Assembly (NCBI GenBank): GCA_951406725.2
Contig: OX597821.1
Coordinates: forward strand, 36,766,001 to 36,830,000
From: Octopus vulgaris
Taxonomy: Eukaryota
DNA: 64,000 nucleotides
Direction: 5' to 3'
Within the stretch, counting starts at the first letter, position 1. Each line of letters starts with the position of its first letter. The notes under the pieces are model-generated. The model saw only the letters and a list, made by a program, of their open reading frames with translations, was not told the origin of the DNA and did not search any database. Positions 1 to 13,867 of the stretch are shown here, piece by piece. The position numbers were made by a program, and so were the translations under genes.

Positions 1-465
1 TAGATAGCACATGTAAGTAAATACAACACTCAATGTTCGTAACACTCTAGCTTGTTTACTACGCTCTCCCCACCTCTCTCATCGTCCCAATTGCAGGAAG
101 TAACAGTCAAATGTCTTTCAAATTCCAATCAATCATCTAAAAATAAATATGTTATCGGCGTAATTGAGTGTTGGATGTCATATGCCAGAAAAGCAAGTGG
201 GGGTGGTGTCACGTCTGGAACTCTGGTGAGACGATCAAAATTTGATACACAGCAATGTGAACCATGTAGCACGTAGTTCAACCAAGTTATACCATGAACT
301 GACAAGACAATATTGTCACACTATCGTCTAGAAACATCAATGAAATCACCCTCAAATTTACTGTTTACTGTCATAAATAAAGAAGGATACATTAGCCACA
401 CAATCACAGTTACCTCATTTTCTTTCTTTCTCTCTTTCTCATCCTCTCTATCCATATATAAACAA

Positions 466-526
<61 letters not shown>

Positions 527-531
<5 letters not shown>

Positions 532-702
532 TTAGAGATAAAACCACTATTAGGCAAATCAAACAGTGAAAAACATAAGCCAATACATAAAATTATATAT
601 ATATGTATGTATATATGTATATACATATATATAATTATGCATATACGTATATATACACACATATATATACATATACACACACACATATATATAAATACAT
701 AC

Positions 703-738
<36 letters not shown>

Positions 739-1060
739 ATGTGTGTGTGTGTATATAACATAGTATGATTATAAACAGGGCAAATTTTAGCCATTTCTCC
801 GCAGACTGAAAAAAAAATACGATCAATCTTAATCGATTTTCGAACCTTATTGGTTTCTCATCAGAGGCATCCACTTCATTCTGACAGTCTCCAGAGAAAC
901 AATCAGCCAAACTGTTTATATACTCAACAAATGCAGAACTTACTCAATGAAGGAGTCCCTAATTTGCATACCGAAAGTGTTTAAGACTATATAAATACCA
1001 GCGGCCTGTAAACGGGCATCTTAATCCACAGAGTATCAAGGTATGCAAAATTAAATTATA
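527..1060 (-). mobile_element. Penelope-like pseudo-LTR fragment with hammerhead motif, interrupted and bordered by TA/CA microsatellites
   Basis: Minus strand reads TATATAAAC, then CTGATGA...CGAAA, then an AT-rich tail ending at (TA)n. The 527-590 segment recurs at 34053-34218. PLE assignment is inference, and the 5' boundary is approximate. Confidence 0.5.
818..872 (-). ncRNA. degenerate type-I hammerhead ribozyme motif
   Basis: GGATGC-CT-CTGATGA-G(A)AACC AATAA GGTTC-GAAA-ATCGAT TAAG ATTGAT-C-GTATTT. Core intact, stems II and III pair, stem I is wobble-rich. Confidence 0.5.
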
Positions 1061-1280
1061 TAAAAGCATGAACTGCATCAAAACGAAATAGTAAAGTCGG
1101 TGTTAGCATTAGTGCAATTAGAAATTTTAATTAATTAAGAGTCATTTAACTAAATGATCGATTCTGGTCAAGAAAGATAGTGTTGGGTTGACAATTCACT
1201 CATTTAATTTAATAAAAATTTATCAAAGCTAGACTGTAGATAATGCAATTTGGAGTTTAATCTTGGCAATTCTGCTACAA

Positions 1281-1324
1281 CTCTGGACATGTTTCGGTCT
1301 TATTAGAGTTCTTCAGTAAAGATG
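1281..1324 (-). ncRNA. decayed minimal hammerhead motif
   Basis: CTGAAGA-ACTCTAATAAGACC-GAAA-CAT-GTC with palindromic ACATGT at stem III; stems I and II are weak. Confidence 0.3.
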
Positions 1325-1661
1325 ACTAGTAAGGTTAGTACTACCTAGTTCTAACTAGTAAGATCAGACTAGTTAACCAAGGTAGTATGCTTTGTTGCAT
1401 TTGGCATCAACAGGTATAATTGACTCTCCCGTCGAAGACAACGCATGAGAGTTCAGCTTTTGCCGAACGGCCTGCACAAATGATTTGTTTAAAGTGATCA
1501 AATGTATGTGCCGCATATTGACTCGCTCTCTCCATCAAATTGACGTTATGTACTGTATTTATATGAATAATATATAGTCTATTGACTAAATTTTTACACG
1601 CTAGGCCAATGGTAATGGAAATTTCTAATATTTCTGATCACCCTTTCTGATCACTATATTA

Positions 1662-1707
<46 letters not shown>

Positions 1708-1729
1708 ATGTGTGTGGGTGTATCTCTTA

Positions 1730-2076
1730 TCTTTTACTTGTTTCAGTTATTTGATTGGGGCCATACTGGGACACCGTCTTGAAGGGTTTTAATCGAAGAA
1801 ATTGAATCCAGGACTTTTTTCTAAGCCGAATACTGATGCTACCGGTATCTTTTTACGAGCCGCTAAGTTACGGGGACGTAAGCACACCACCACCGGTTGT
1901 CAAGCGGTGGCGGGAAACAAACACAGACACAAGGACGCACACATAGATATATATATTTTTTCAGCTTCTGTCTACCAAATCCACTCACAAGGCTTTGGTC
2001 GGTCCGGGGCTATAGTAGAAGACACTTATTCAAGGAGCCGTGCAATGGGACTGAACCCGGAACAATGTGGTTGGGA
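1730..2076 (-). mobile_element. tRNA-derived SINE family B copy (5'-truncated)
   Basis: Matches the family-B sequence at 47521-47880 and 56022-56493. Confidence 0.8.
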
Positions 2077-3750
2077 GCACGCGCACACACACGCACATAC
2101 ACGCACGTTTCTCTGTATATGAGTATTTTTTGTGTGTGCTTGTGCATGTGTGTGTGCGCGTGCGCGCGTGTAAAGCATATGTGCGCGTGTTGTTTTTGTT
2201 GTTGTATGTGTAAGTTCACCCAATGACGAGAAAGGTGCAAAGGTCAAAGTGTTTTTTTTTTTGTAAAAGAAAAAAAAAGGGTAAAAAAATGACACGCGAG
2301 CAAGAAATATAAGAGAAGCAATAAGAATAACAAGTGGTCACCGGAGCAGGGTTTGATTTCACCGTGTCATCGTTGGCTTGCTATTGTAATCTGATACTGA
2401 GCAGTTCGGGTTTCTCCTAAGTAAGTAACAAATGGATATCTTAGGTGTTCACCATTTGAGTGATAACGCACAGACAAAAACAAACACACAAAAAAAACAC
2501 ATGCAAGCACAGACACACACATATGCAAGCACAGACACAAACACATGCACATACACACATTCATTTACATACTTAAATGTACTGAAGTAGAAATTCTTAG
2601 ATCGGCAACAAAGGAAAAAAGATCACGAAATGAGGGAAACACGTACTGCTTACAACAACAGCATCGTCATTTTCAGCAACATATTACAACCACATAACAT
2701 TAACGATTTGAATAACAATAAAAAATAAAAAAAATAGTATTAACAGTAAGGTGTGGTCGGTTTAAGAACACTATCACTTTTCACTCAGTCCAGAAAAATA
2801 CCCAGCTACGTCTTCGATAAGCTATAAAAAAAAACACACATTAAAAAAAAAACACCATATCAAGATTAATATTTCTCCCAATCAGGCTTAGCAAACAATA
2901 AGACACAGCGACTTTCTACCCCTAGAGATTACTTTTAAACCATTGATCTAGCAACTCATTATGTTACAAATAGAAACCATATTTCCAGGGCTGGTGCTAG
3001 GAAGTGCGGGACCCAATTAGACAGCTGTTAGTGAAGCCCTTTATTCTACAAAAGCTGAAGATTGTCGTTTTATGCATCGTGTTGTACGCCAGTCCTACCC
3101 AAAAAGCGTTGAGGGCTTGATATACTAAAAGTTCGTTATAGTGTCCTCTATTCAAGCATGTACCCAGGGCCCTCTCTTGACACGGGGTTCTGTTTAACTA
3201 GCTATAAACCGAACCTGCATATCTCAGATCTTGTTAAATTTCTTCCGGGCACTTGAAGTTCTTCAAATTTACCCCAGATTATTTTCAAAACATGAAGTTC
3301 TAATGTAACTTTTGCTTGTTAATGGCGAAAATCCCATTAATTTTTGTTTAGAAATTAACAATAAAGTATTTACAAGTATTTAAAATTACGTAATTTTAGC
3401 AAATGGAAGCCTCGATTGCTGAATTTACCGAAAGTTGTAATTGTTTGTCCTCATAGGAATAGCAAACACGAAACCTTTACTGGTTTCTTATGCCTGCTAC
3501 AAAATAGTAGCAAAATCTTCCTTAAACTACACCGTTACGTTAAAAAAAAAAAACAGAAAAACGAACAGAACACAGCACCGTCCAAATCTTTGCTTGAAGC
3601 AGGTCCTGGTGCTTTCTACTGATTGAGTATTAAAAGCGAGTAAATTGAAATCGCGACACTCTTAAAGACAGGAACTTTCCAACACACCCTCCAAACTGAT
3701 GCTATCTTGAGATCCTAATTTCATAATTTATTTCTTTTAGGTCCAAATTA

Positions 3751-4143
3751 TCTTTATATATAAAAGAGAGGTTGTGTGTCTGTCTCCTACGATTTAGATT
3801 CCTAACTACTCCAACATTTTGCGGTGCAGTTTAACCAAAACCGGGTATCTTATAGTCGTGATGCATATCGAGCCCTTCTGGGTATTAGCACGCGTCTACG
3901 ATGAGTCTACGATTTAAAAAAAAATTTACCATCATTTTTTCCATTTTAATGCATTTTTTTCGCTATTATATAAGTAACTCTCTAAAAATGTCTACGATGA
4001 GTCAACGATTTTTAAAAAAAATTACCATAATTTTTTTTCCATTTTTAATGCATTTTTTTGCTATTTTTTGGCTATAACTCTCTAAAAATGCTTATATAGT
4101 TATTTCCCTTACAAGCCCGAGCAACGCCGGGCGATACTGCTAG
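3751..4143 (+). mobile_element. non-autonomous Helitron
   Basis: Starts TC after A and ends CTAG before T. GC-rich hairpin GCCCGAGCAACGCCGGGC lies ~11 nt before the end, there is an internal tandem duplication and no TSD. Confidence 0.85.
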
Positions 4144-4353
4144 TTGAATATAAATTTTTTAATGAATATTTTTCTGTTAAATTTCAAGCAAAATATATGT
4201 TTTGTTTGAGTACTTCAGCTTTATGTTCATCTCATATAACTTGGGTAAGTTAATACTCATTTAAAATCGAAATCGTCATACTTCTTCGTTCTAATTTTTT
4301 TCTATTCAAGTGCACAAATATTAATCCAATTTCATTACACACACATACATATA

Positions 4354-4394
<41 letters not shown>

Positions 4395-4529
4395 ATTTGC
4401 CTTATTTAGTAATTTCCCTAAATATTTAATCTAGCAGACATTATTCCGTGCAATTTTCTTAAAAAGAAGTACGTACTAGAGAGATTAGTAAAAGTAAATA
4501 TGAGTGTAAACCACTTATTAAATCGGTTT

Positions 4530-4595
4530 TATTTGCCGGAGATGTAAACACACCAACACCGATTGTCAAGCGGCGGTGGTGGGGAACACACACAC

Positions 4596-4653
<58 letters not shown>

Positions 4654-4822
4654 ATACACGACGAGCTTCTTTCAGTTTCCATCTACCAAATCCATTCACA
4701 AGGCTTTGGTCGGGACGAGGTGTTAGTAGAAGATACTTGTCCCAGGTGCCATGGAATGGGGTTGAACCCGGAACCATGAGGCTGGGAAACAATCTTCTTA
4801 TATACACAACCACGCCTGCGCC
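4530..4822 (-). mobile_element. SINE family B copy
   Basis: tRNA-like head with B-box GGTTCAACCCC, internal TA/TG microsatellite, 3'-truncated. Confidence 0.8.
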
Positions 4823-5756
4823 TAAATATAAAAGAACACGTAGGTAATGTAGTCAGATTTATACAATATTCCAAAATAGATGGAATGTTTATGGACGAAA
4901 TTCGATCTTGAAGTTAATGCTTAAATAAATAAGTAAAACGTAGGATCATTATGGTTTGAACACCTTTAATTAGAAGTCAAATGTTTGACTATTCTTAATT
5001 TGTAATATCCAACTATTATTCAACAAGTAATTAATATGATCACCCGTTTACTTGCGATATGTGGTTAGTGGGTAGAAACGCGTAAAATGTTCATGACTTT
5101 TATATGCAAGCCATTTAAGCAACGTAAGAGAAGTTAAACGAAGCGAAACGGTTACAAAGGGGGGAATCGAACCCGGAATGCTGTGTCATCATGATAGTGC
5201 TTCTGTTAGGGAATTTAATCAGCCCCACCACACTCCAAGGTCGAGGCTCTTATATCAACACTTTGCATATCTAATCCAGCCTTGTGAAACATCGTTACTC
5301 ACGCAGACGTAAATTGAGCCACCGTTTAGTATCGCATGTAGCTTGAACCACGCGTGAAACAAAGGTTTTTATTTTCTTTTTCTTGACTTTTTATTAGTTT
5401 GTTGGGGTTTTTTTTGGGGGGGGATTTGTTTATTCTCTTTCTTTTAGATTTTCTTTTCATTCTTTTTCTCTACTTTTTCTGATATGCGTTTTATTTGCGT
5501 GTATGTGTGTATATGTATATATATGTATGTGTGGGGGGAGGCAGAAAAATCAAAAATGACAGAAGAGGGAGAGAAGGAGAGAGAGAGAGAGAGAGAGACA
5601 GAGAGAGAGAGAAAGTATGTACTTGCGTGTCTGGGAATGTTGTGAGTGTAATGAAACGTTAACTTCAGTCTACGTAAGAGCTTCATCCCCTATTAAAGAC
5701 AAAAATATAAAAATTATAGAAAAAATAAATACCTAATGGTATACGTACGCATACAT

Positions 5757-5987
5757 ATTTCTTTATTACCTACAAGGGGCTAAATATAGAGGGGACAAAC
5801 AAGGATAGACATAGGTATTAAGTCGATTATATCGACCCCAGTGAGTAACTGGTACTTAATTTATCGACCCCGAAAGGATGAAAGGCAAAGTCGACCTCGG
5901 CGGAATTTGAACTCTGAACGTAACGGCAGACGAAATACCGCTAAGCATTTCGCCCGAATTGCTAACGATTCTACCAGCTCGCCGCCT
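5757..5987 (-). mobile_element. tRNA-derived SINE family A (Nin/Deu-like central domain) with 17-bp TSD
   Basis: A-box TGGTAGAATCG, B-box GAGTTCAAATTCC, central GACTTTGCCTTTCATCCTTTCGGGGTCGATAAA. TSD TATACGTACGCATACAT at 5740-5756 and 5988-6004. Confidence 0.9.
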
Positions 5988-6089
5988 TATACGTACGCAT
6001 ACATACATATAAACACATGCATACATACATACATACATACATACATACATACATACATACATACATACATACATACATGCATGCATAGG

Positions 6090-6927
6090 ATGAAAGGATG
6101 AGCCTATATGAGCAGAAGACTATGCATGGATATGTTAGTAGAAAGCTCCAAGATGATAGTAACATCGATCATCAAAGCAGTTTATCATGGAGCAATAGCT
6201 GAATTATTAACCCCCCCCCACCCCATTTTGAAGAGCATGTATTTGCAATCCAGGAACAGGAAATACCAACCAAGTGCCTGATGGACAATAGGGATAGTGA
6301 TGCAGGAAAAGCAGTAAACTGTGACAACCGATGCAGACTTTGTGAAGTTAATACCGAAGATACCACCCACATCATAAGCGTGATAAAATGTTAGCGCAAC
6401 AGACTTGACATAATGATTTAGGATAGAGAAGAGAAACTGTGCACAGTTGTGGAAATTAGCTGTCCAGCGGGTATTAACATAAATCTGAAGATCAGTGACG
6501 AAGAGAACGCCTGCGCTGAACTATTTGCAAATCTGCAGTTACTCTATCCAGATTACAAGCTCAGGTTTATACCTGTAATTATTGGAGCCCTGGGATATGT
6601 ATCACACTACTCAAATATCAATCTTGAGAAATTAGGCTTCTCAAAACCAGGAAGGAGAAAGCTAATTCGAAGTACTACAGATCCAATCCATCACTGGAAC
6701 TGTAAAAATCTGTAAAACTTTCCAGAAGTTTATCATTTAAGTATATATGAGCATGTCTAGATGAGCAACTATGTGCATGAGAATACATACATAAAGCAAA
6801 GCATACAAATCTGCACATACATACAAACAAAAATACCCTGTTGTTGATGTTGAAATTCCAATGAAGGAGCCTTGGATCTAGGTTAGAAACCAGCTCTTTC
6901 TCTATTGACAAGAAATCTTGAAATAAA
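6090..6927 (+). pseudogene. 3' fragment of an RLE-type (R4/Dong-like) non-LTR retrotransposon between (CATA)n tracts
   Basis: CRLCEVNTEDTTHII zinc-knuckle remnant, then DREEKLCTVVEISCP...RFIPVIIGALG restriction-like endonuclease segment. 3' UTR ends AATAAA before (CATA)n. Confidence 0.75.
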
Positions 6928-7666
6928 CATACATACAACAACATACATACATACATACATACATACACATACATACATACATACATACATAAATACATAC
7001 ATACATATATACATACATACGTACGTACATGATGACTGCGCCATCTTCACAGATTATTGCCGTCTCTTTATGATTCCTCATTGTCAATAGCGTTAGTGAC
7101 TCTCCGCCCATGACCTCTCAGATGACTATTCAGTTCCGTTACAGATCAGCATAGTTTGTAGCATAGGTGATAGACGAAAGTTGTAACTGACTGTGCGCAT
7201 CCAATAAGTGAGGTTTACTCTCGTCGCTACTTAGAACATTTAACAGATGAAATAACGAATGATGTCACATAAAAAGAGACATCTAAACGTCATTAGACTG
7301 TAGTGATACAACACGACTACCACTCTCTGAGTCTCCGTGACTTGTACCTACTGACAGGCTGAACCTCGTAAGCAGTAATCTCGTAAAATATCGCAGTGTC
7401 CGCCTTCTAGAAGGATGCTATGACAACAAATAGGGATCCTTCATTCCCGATGGTTTTACTGTATGCTCTGAAACCAACTAAAGGTATTTCTGCTCAGATA
7501 GATTGCCATTACATATGCTAGTTAACGCATAGCTGGGACCCTGACAGGTGATACTACTCCGGGTTAGAGCAGAACTGTGAGTGATAGTGGCTAAGAGGTA
7601 GTTCCACACTAACCAAGTTCCAGGAACTCCTGAATCAGAACCCAATTACCAAATGTTTACTCAGAA

Positions 7667-7820
7667 CATACATACATACATACATACATACATACATACA
7701 TACATACACACATACATGCACACATACATGCACACATACATACACACATACATGCACACATACATACATACATACATACATACATACATACATACATACA
7801 TACATACATACATACATACA

Positions 7821-7850
<30 letters not shown>
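7667..7850 (+). repeat. (CATA)n microsatellite, representative of dozens of TA, CA, CATA, GATA and GA tracts in the window
   Basis: Directly visible. Confidence 0.95.
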
Positions 7851-7853
<3 letters not shown>

Positions 7854-7974
7854 TCGAATGCGACATGACGTTATCACTAAAACAGTATGCAATGTCATCC
7901 GAAAAAATGCTTGACCAGCGATAAATGTAGAGAACCACACACACACACACCCCTGCTGAGTTTGAAGACATACG

Positions 7975-8350
7975 TAAACATCAACACAAAGAATATTGTT
8001 GGAACATTCCCATCAAAACTGCTATCAGATGCATACATAACAGACCAGACATCGTTATTTGGTACAGAGAAGAAAAAGTATGTCCCACCTTAGAGATTTC
8101 TTCGAAAATCAAGAAGTACCAGGAGAACTACGTTCAGCTACTTCGAAACTTTCAGCTTCTATACTCAAATTATAAATTCACATCTATACCAATAATAATT
8201 GGTCCACTTGGTTTTGTAAGTAAATAACGAAGTGACAATTTGGAAAAGGTGGGTTTTCAGAAAATCAACCAGCTAACGTGTACATTACAAATGCAACCTA
8301 TAAGCGGAACAGTAAAAATATGAAAGAAGTTTCTCAAATTCAAAATGTGA
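7975..8350 (+). pseudogene. second, diverged RLE-type LINE C-terminal fragment
   Basis: PIKTAIRCIHNRPDIVIW (RPD motif) and LLRNFQLLYSNYKFTSIPIIIGPLGFV, homologous to 6449-6715; frameshifted. Confidence 0.7.
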
Positions 8351-8925
8351 ATTTGTTTTTGTTATCTACGATGGAAATTTGTATTTTTGTTCCTTACAGG
8401 CAAATTTCTGCATGAAAACATTAAGTATGGAGTTAGATACATTTATTAAGTACGATAAGAACAAACACTTTTGTTTTGTAAACAGATCCTTAAAGACTAC
8501 CAGAATCTAAGCATAACAAAACAAATTTAAATCTTACTCTTAACCTACATAGATTACATGGTAATCATCAATCTCAAGTTTATATAATATTAAGTACAAT
8601 TACATCAAAAGAAGCGTAAAATAAACAGTGTTTATGGATAGTAAATCTCACATTTGTTATCAGTTGCTGTTATACACATTATTTATAAACCTGTATTGTT
8701 TTGTATTTTTAATTTTAATTAAATATTTTATTAGAAGGTTTAGTGTATATTAATTATATGTAATGCATCTAAAGGTAAGTTGTGCAGTGATGCAATGTTA
8801 TTGTAACATAAAGATCAATTATGTTACTATCATGGAAATGCTTTCACAATAATATAAGATTAGTGTTAGTATAATATACTGGAGACAAAATGGATATCAT
8901 AACACGAGAAAGCAGTAGTGAGCTA

Positions 8926-9880
8926 TACGAGGTCTGTCAAAAAGAAAGCGAACTCTTTCGAACAGTACACCAAGCTGATAGAGCAGCGACATTACAACAG
9001 CAATGTTGCGTATGGTTGATCTTGACCTTCATTCTTCTAATGGCAACTTTACGCCACGTCATTTAGCTATTGATATACCTATGCTGAAGTGAACGTATGC
9101 TTAATGCACTTGACGATTAGTCACAAGTTGAACAATGAAGTAGTTGGAAGAGTAATATGTTTGTGTGAAATTCGGGGAAAACTTTTACAACGATATTTCT
9201 CACGTTGCAACACACCTTTCAGAAAGATTGAGCAGAAATATGCCGCAAGTGACACTAGTATTACTAGTAAGGTTGTTCACCAGCTAAAAGTGGTCCTGAA
9301 TTTGGATGATAATTCGTGAAATAGAACAGTTACATTGTTAAAGTGTGTATCATGAACAGTGGAAATCGCTGCCTGGTTCTCTGTGAATTTTCCGAAGGAG
9401 TCGGCGTCATTGAAAGTTCATACTGCATGATTTTAAAGGATAAATTCAAGATGCATCGAGGTGCTACAAAGTTTGTACTGCATCTGTAGACAGAACGATA
9501 AAAGAAGCAAGTTGCAGTCAGAAGTTATTTGATCGATCAAATCTGATGGAAACTTACTGAAAAATGTCTATTCTATGTCTATAGAATCGAATCAAAAGGG
9601 CTGGCATCGCGGTGATTTGGAACATCATCGTTGCGACTAATAAAATTCTTTCAGAATCCCGTAAATGTGAATGTAATAATGATCTCTTTTACTGAACGGG
9701 CGTTGTTCATCTATTTAACTAAGTTTTAATACAATCTCCTTCGAAATAGTCACCTTGTGCAGCACTACACCGGTTCCGGAATTCCTACCACATTTACAAT
9801 CTTATCTGGAAGTAATTTTCCGTAAGCTGGTTGAAGACCTTCTGTGATTCGCTCTGATGTTAAAACAACGGTGACCTTAG
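8926..9880 (+). mobile_element. decayed mariner relic with its C-terminal piece inverted
   Basis: TA-CGAGGTCTGTCAAAAAG TIR-like start and KFKMHRGATKFVLHL (WVP-region remnant). Around 9735-9780 the minus strand reads NRCSAAQGDYFEG. Confidence 0.55.
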
Positions 9881-11517
9881 AGTTGTACCTGTAATACCAA
9901 ATGGCAGTTTGTTACTGAACCTTCCTGACAACCATGTTAAAGGTACGCGTATCTGTGAAGTGCTCATCCACTTGCACATTAATTTTATGAGCAGGGCTAT
10001 TCCGTTGATTGGATCAACAAGAACCCTCATCGCCGCTATCGACGGAGTAACAGTTTAATAAATTATTGTTGAATGTTGCCAGATATTTACTTTTTTCATT
10101 GCGCAATCACGATAACATGACATCGGTATCATTATCACTTAAAACCTACTCTTTTACTTGTTTCGGTCATTTTTCATTCAGAAAGCCATAAGTTCAAAAA
10201 TCATTCCAATGTAAAAGTTACAACTTTATCTAAAATTACGGTCTTGTGACATTTGTCTCATTATCATCTGAAATTAAAATAATGTAAATATAACAAGTGG
10301 ATATAAAATCAAGTTATTTTGACCTTAGTAGCATTATTATCTAAACCAGAAGTGGGAAACTTTTTGTGGTGGAGGGCTATACTAAAGTTATCTACCGTCT
10401 GAAAAAATATCAAGACACTAGTAGCTATATGTAACGCAATGAAATATTAAAATAGTAACTTCATTTAAACCCATGAGTTTCCACCTCAGTAAAGAGTGCT
10501 TCAATATAGAATCACAATGCTGTAAAACAAAATCGTTCTATCATACCACAGCATCACAACAAAATTACGATTTCTGAATGAATACTCGACTATATGTGAA
10601 TCTAGTAACCACTTTTGAATTTTCCATCGTAGTTTTCAAAAAGCACGTAAAATTGAATTTGAATTTTTTTTTTTTTTTTTTTGTATTATCTTTTATTAAA
10701 ATGGAAATTGTACTAAAAATAACGAAAGAAAAGCCAACCAGGAAAAATTTACAGTCAGTTAATAAGCCTATTTCATAGAAGTCTCTATCTTTGAATGGCT
10801 AACAACAAATATGGTTTAGACAAAAGATGAAACAACAAAATTAGTGACTACTGGTGTTTACTTGCCACATTGTTCAGTTTAATCTTTTTGAGCGTCCATA
10901 TTATGTCGTTAGAAGAATCTATTCTGTTAAGTTTTAAGTCTTATTTTTTTTTTTTTACATGCAACATTGCAGAAAATGTAGCTTTGTGGAAATAAGATGT
11001 GGGAGACGAGATAATTGATTCTAGCGATATTTTTGCAGGTTGAGGGTCTCTTTAATCATCCGCGATTTGGAATCTTGAGGACTCAATAAAAGTTAATACA
11101 CTAGTCTAGATATTCCAAAAGCATCGAGAGCCCAGTTTCTGAGAAACAATGCAGGATTTGATTTGCTCCATGTATTGATGTTTTTTAAACTACTGCAAGA
11201 ACCTTCACAGAAGTACTTCCTAACCAATGAGAAAAAAAAACAATATATTTTAAAGAACTACTTCGGTGATGAATATGCGAAAAGAGCTTCTTATGAGTAA
11301 TAGTAGAGGTCCAAACAAAAAAACAAAACAAAAACAAATCTGGGAGAGGAATATGGCTTAAAACCATTTATCCCTGATGAGGAATGAAAATATTAATACC
11401 AACCTGAATCCAAGATAGTAACTCTGAGTCACTATCATTAACAGGAAGTGAAAATAAGCGATCGCACAGAATAAATCTCCGAAAAAAATCTCACTTGCCT
11501 TGTTGATATTTATAAGA

Positions 11518-11580
11518 GTTACGATGAGATGGAGCAATGGTTACGATGAGATGGAGCAATGGTTATGATGAGATGGAGCG
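11518..11580 (+). repeat. 22-bp tandem repeat, about 3 copies (GTTACGATGAGATGGAGCAATG)
   Basis: Directly visible. Confidence 0.9.
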
Positions 11581-12165
11581 GGTTCCACATAGCTCCTGAG
11601 GGTCCGTATAAGATTTTTGGGGGGTCCATAATATAAGATGGTAAATTGGGGATCCACAATAGTATTTTAAGAAACCTTGAAAAACTTTTGCTTTAGATGT
11701 ATGCATTGGTATGTATTGCAAGAAACAGCTTGGTTTCTTTCTCTAACATTTTACATATTTCAACCAACACAAGTTAATGTGTGAAAAACAAAATAGGAAT
11801 TTTGAAAGAAGTTTCAATAAAACTAGTTTTTAAACATCGAATGGCTATGAGGGTTCACCAGAATGAAACAATAATCAAAGAGGGTACACGCAAACAAAAT
11901 AATAAATTGGGAATATACAGCGTATTTTAAGGGCCCCTGAAAAATTTTCGATTTAGATGTAGTTATTGCAAGAAACAGCTAGGTTTCTTTCTCTAACGCT
12001 TAACATACTTCAACGAACACAAGTAAATATTTGAAAAGCAAAATAGAAATTTTGAAAGAAGTGTCTAAAACTAGTTTTTAAACATTGAATAGCTTATGGG
12101 GATCCACCAGAATAAAATAGTAATCTAAGGGGTCCATAGGTAAAAAAAAATTGTTGAGGAGCCTT
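11581..12165 (+). mobile_element. hAT-like MITE copy with an internal ~250-bp tandem duplication
   Basis: Homologous to 46622-46963; 11640-11885 is repeated at 11900-12140. Confidence 0.6.
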
Positions 12166-12229
12166 GAGATGGAGGCTCACTGCTAGGAGAGAAGTTAAAA
12201 GGTATAGCTAGAGAAACTACAACGTAGTC

Positions 12230-12830
12230 AAAGTGAACTAATGGAACGTGAGAAAAGACATCCGTGATCTGAAAAGAGACAAAAGATCAAAAGGAAAGGA
12301 TTATGGTTTTCATGATCCGAATAAAAAATAAGTATGATGATTATCTGAGAATAAGATTGAGAAATTAAAGACATGAGTTCTAGAAGAATCAATGGTTTTA
12401 GAATTGAGCCCGTTAATATGATGTGCATTGAGATTACAGAAGACATTAATGTTTTTTTTTTTTTTGAGGGACAGAATGATATGACCGGGTCAGTTTTATC
12501 GTATACTACATTAATGATAAAAGGGAAATTAAGAGGTTGAATGTAGGAGGGTCAGGTGAATAAACACATAAAAGAAGGAATGGATTCAAACCTAAACTCA
12601 CGTGCACGTGGAAGATTATTAAAAGGGTAGGCACCAGGATCATCTACATAATGCACAGAGTATTTTCGGTGAAAATGGAGGTACCCTTTGACAAACAATT
12701 CAAAACTAGCAATATTAGGGCTAAAGTTAGTCTCACATAGAGCAAAGAATTTTTCTGTAGAAAAGAACCAACGAAAGAAAACCTTCATCGAAACCTCGAA
12801 TGTTTGTGGAAAAGTCAGAGGTTTCGGTGA
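12230..12830 (-). pseudogene. decayed LINE APE-endonuclease fragment
   Basis: FFALCETNFSPNI...VKGY resembles the APE domain start; many stops follow. Confidence 0.45.
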
Positions 12831-13867
12831 TGAATTCGATTTTTGTTTTCTATGAGTGAGTAATTTTGCTCAACTACTTGGTTTATTACCATATTTGGTC
12901 GATCTCAGGAGGATAATGGACGATGTTGACCTCGTCGGAATTTGAACTCAGGACATAAAGAGGATGTTACTAAAAATCACAGGAATTTGTGGATGACGTT
13001 CTACCGATTTTACTATGCATCACCCTCAGTCTGTGCAAGTAATATCAATGTCTAACGTAGTTACAATGTCTGAAGTCTTTAGAGAAGTTATTATCCACGT
13101 TACATTAAAGGCGGCGATCTCACAGAATCCTGCTTTCATCCTTTCGGGGTCGATTAAATAAGTACCAGTTACGCACTGGAGTCGACATAATCGACTTAAT
13201 CCGTTTGTCTGTCCTTGTTCGTCCCCTCTGTGTGTAGCTCCTTGTGGGCAGTAAAGAAATAGGTATCAAGGCTTTGCAGTATTTCTTCGGGCTCTTTACG
13301 TTCTACGTTCAAATCCTGATGAGGTCGACTTTGCCTTTACTCATTTCAGGGTCAATAAAATAAAGTGCTGTTTCCAATTCAGTGGTATCGACTATACCTG
13401 TCCTCTCAAAATTCTTGGCCATTATCTTATGTTCTTCAGAGGAAGGTGCATTTTTACTCTCTTTTTCCACTGATGTCTGCAATGCCTTATTGAAACATTT
13501 AGTCAACCTATTAGGTCTTGTAAGGATGAAGATGCAGTTGACCTCGGCGGGATCTGAACTTAGAATGAAAGGGGCTGTATCTAAATACCGCTAGGCATTT
13601 TGCCCGGCCCGGTGCTCTAAGGATTTTGAAAATCCAGTGTCCTCTGTATGTAAATAATATTAGTATTCCTTCTGAAGAAGGAGAAATTCTCGTAATAATC
13701 ATTGGGTTATGTGTATATTGTTATCTTACTTGAAACTTACGGAAATTGCAGTATCCATTCATATTCATTACTGAACTTATGTGAATTTCCTTTTTATTTT
13801 ACATCATGCTGAAAACACAAATCCAGCTGCGCGGAACGTGTCGTGAGTCTCTCAAACAACAGGTAGA

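Noticed and set aside
6852-6900. Hammerhead-like CCAATGA...GAAAC in the RLE-LINE 3' UTR
   Set aside because: Two core mismatches and no convincing stem III.
11518-11580. 22-bp repeats as a CRISPR-like array
   Set aside because: Contiguous repeats with no spacers, no cas genes, eukaryotic context.
13665-13710. CTGAAGAAGGAGAAATTCTCGTAATAATC as a hammerhead
   Set aside because: GAAA is replaced by GTAA and stem I is poor.
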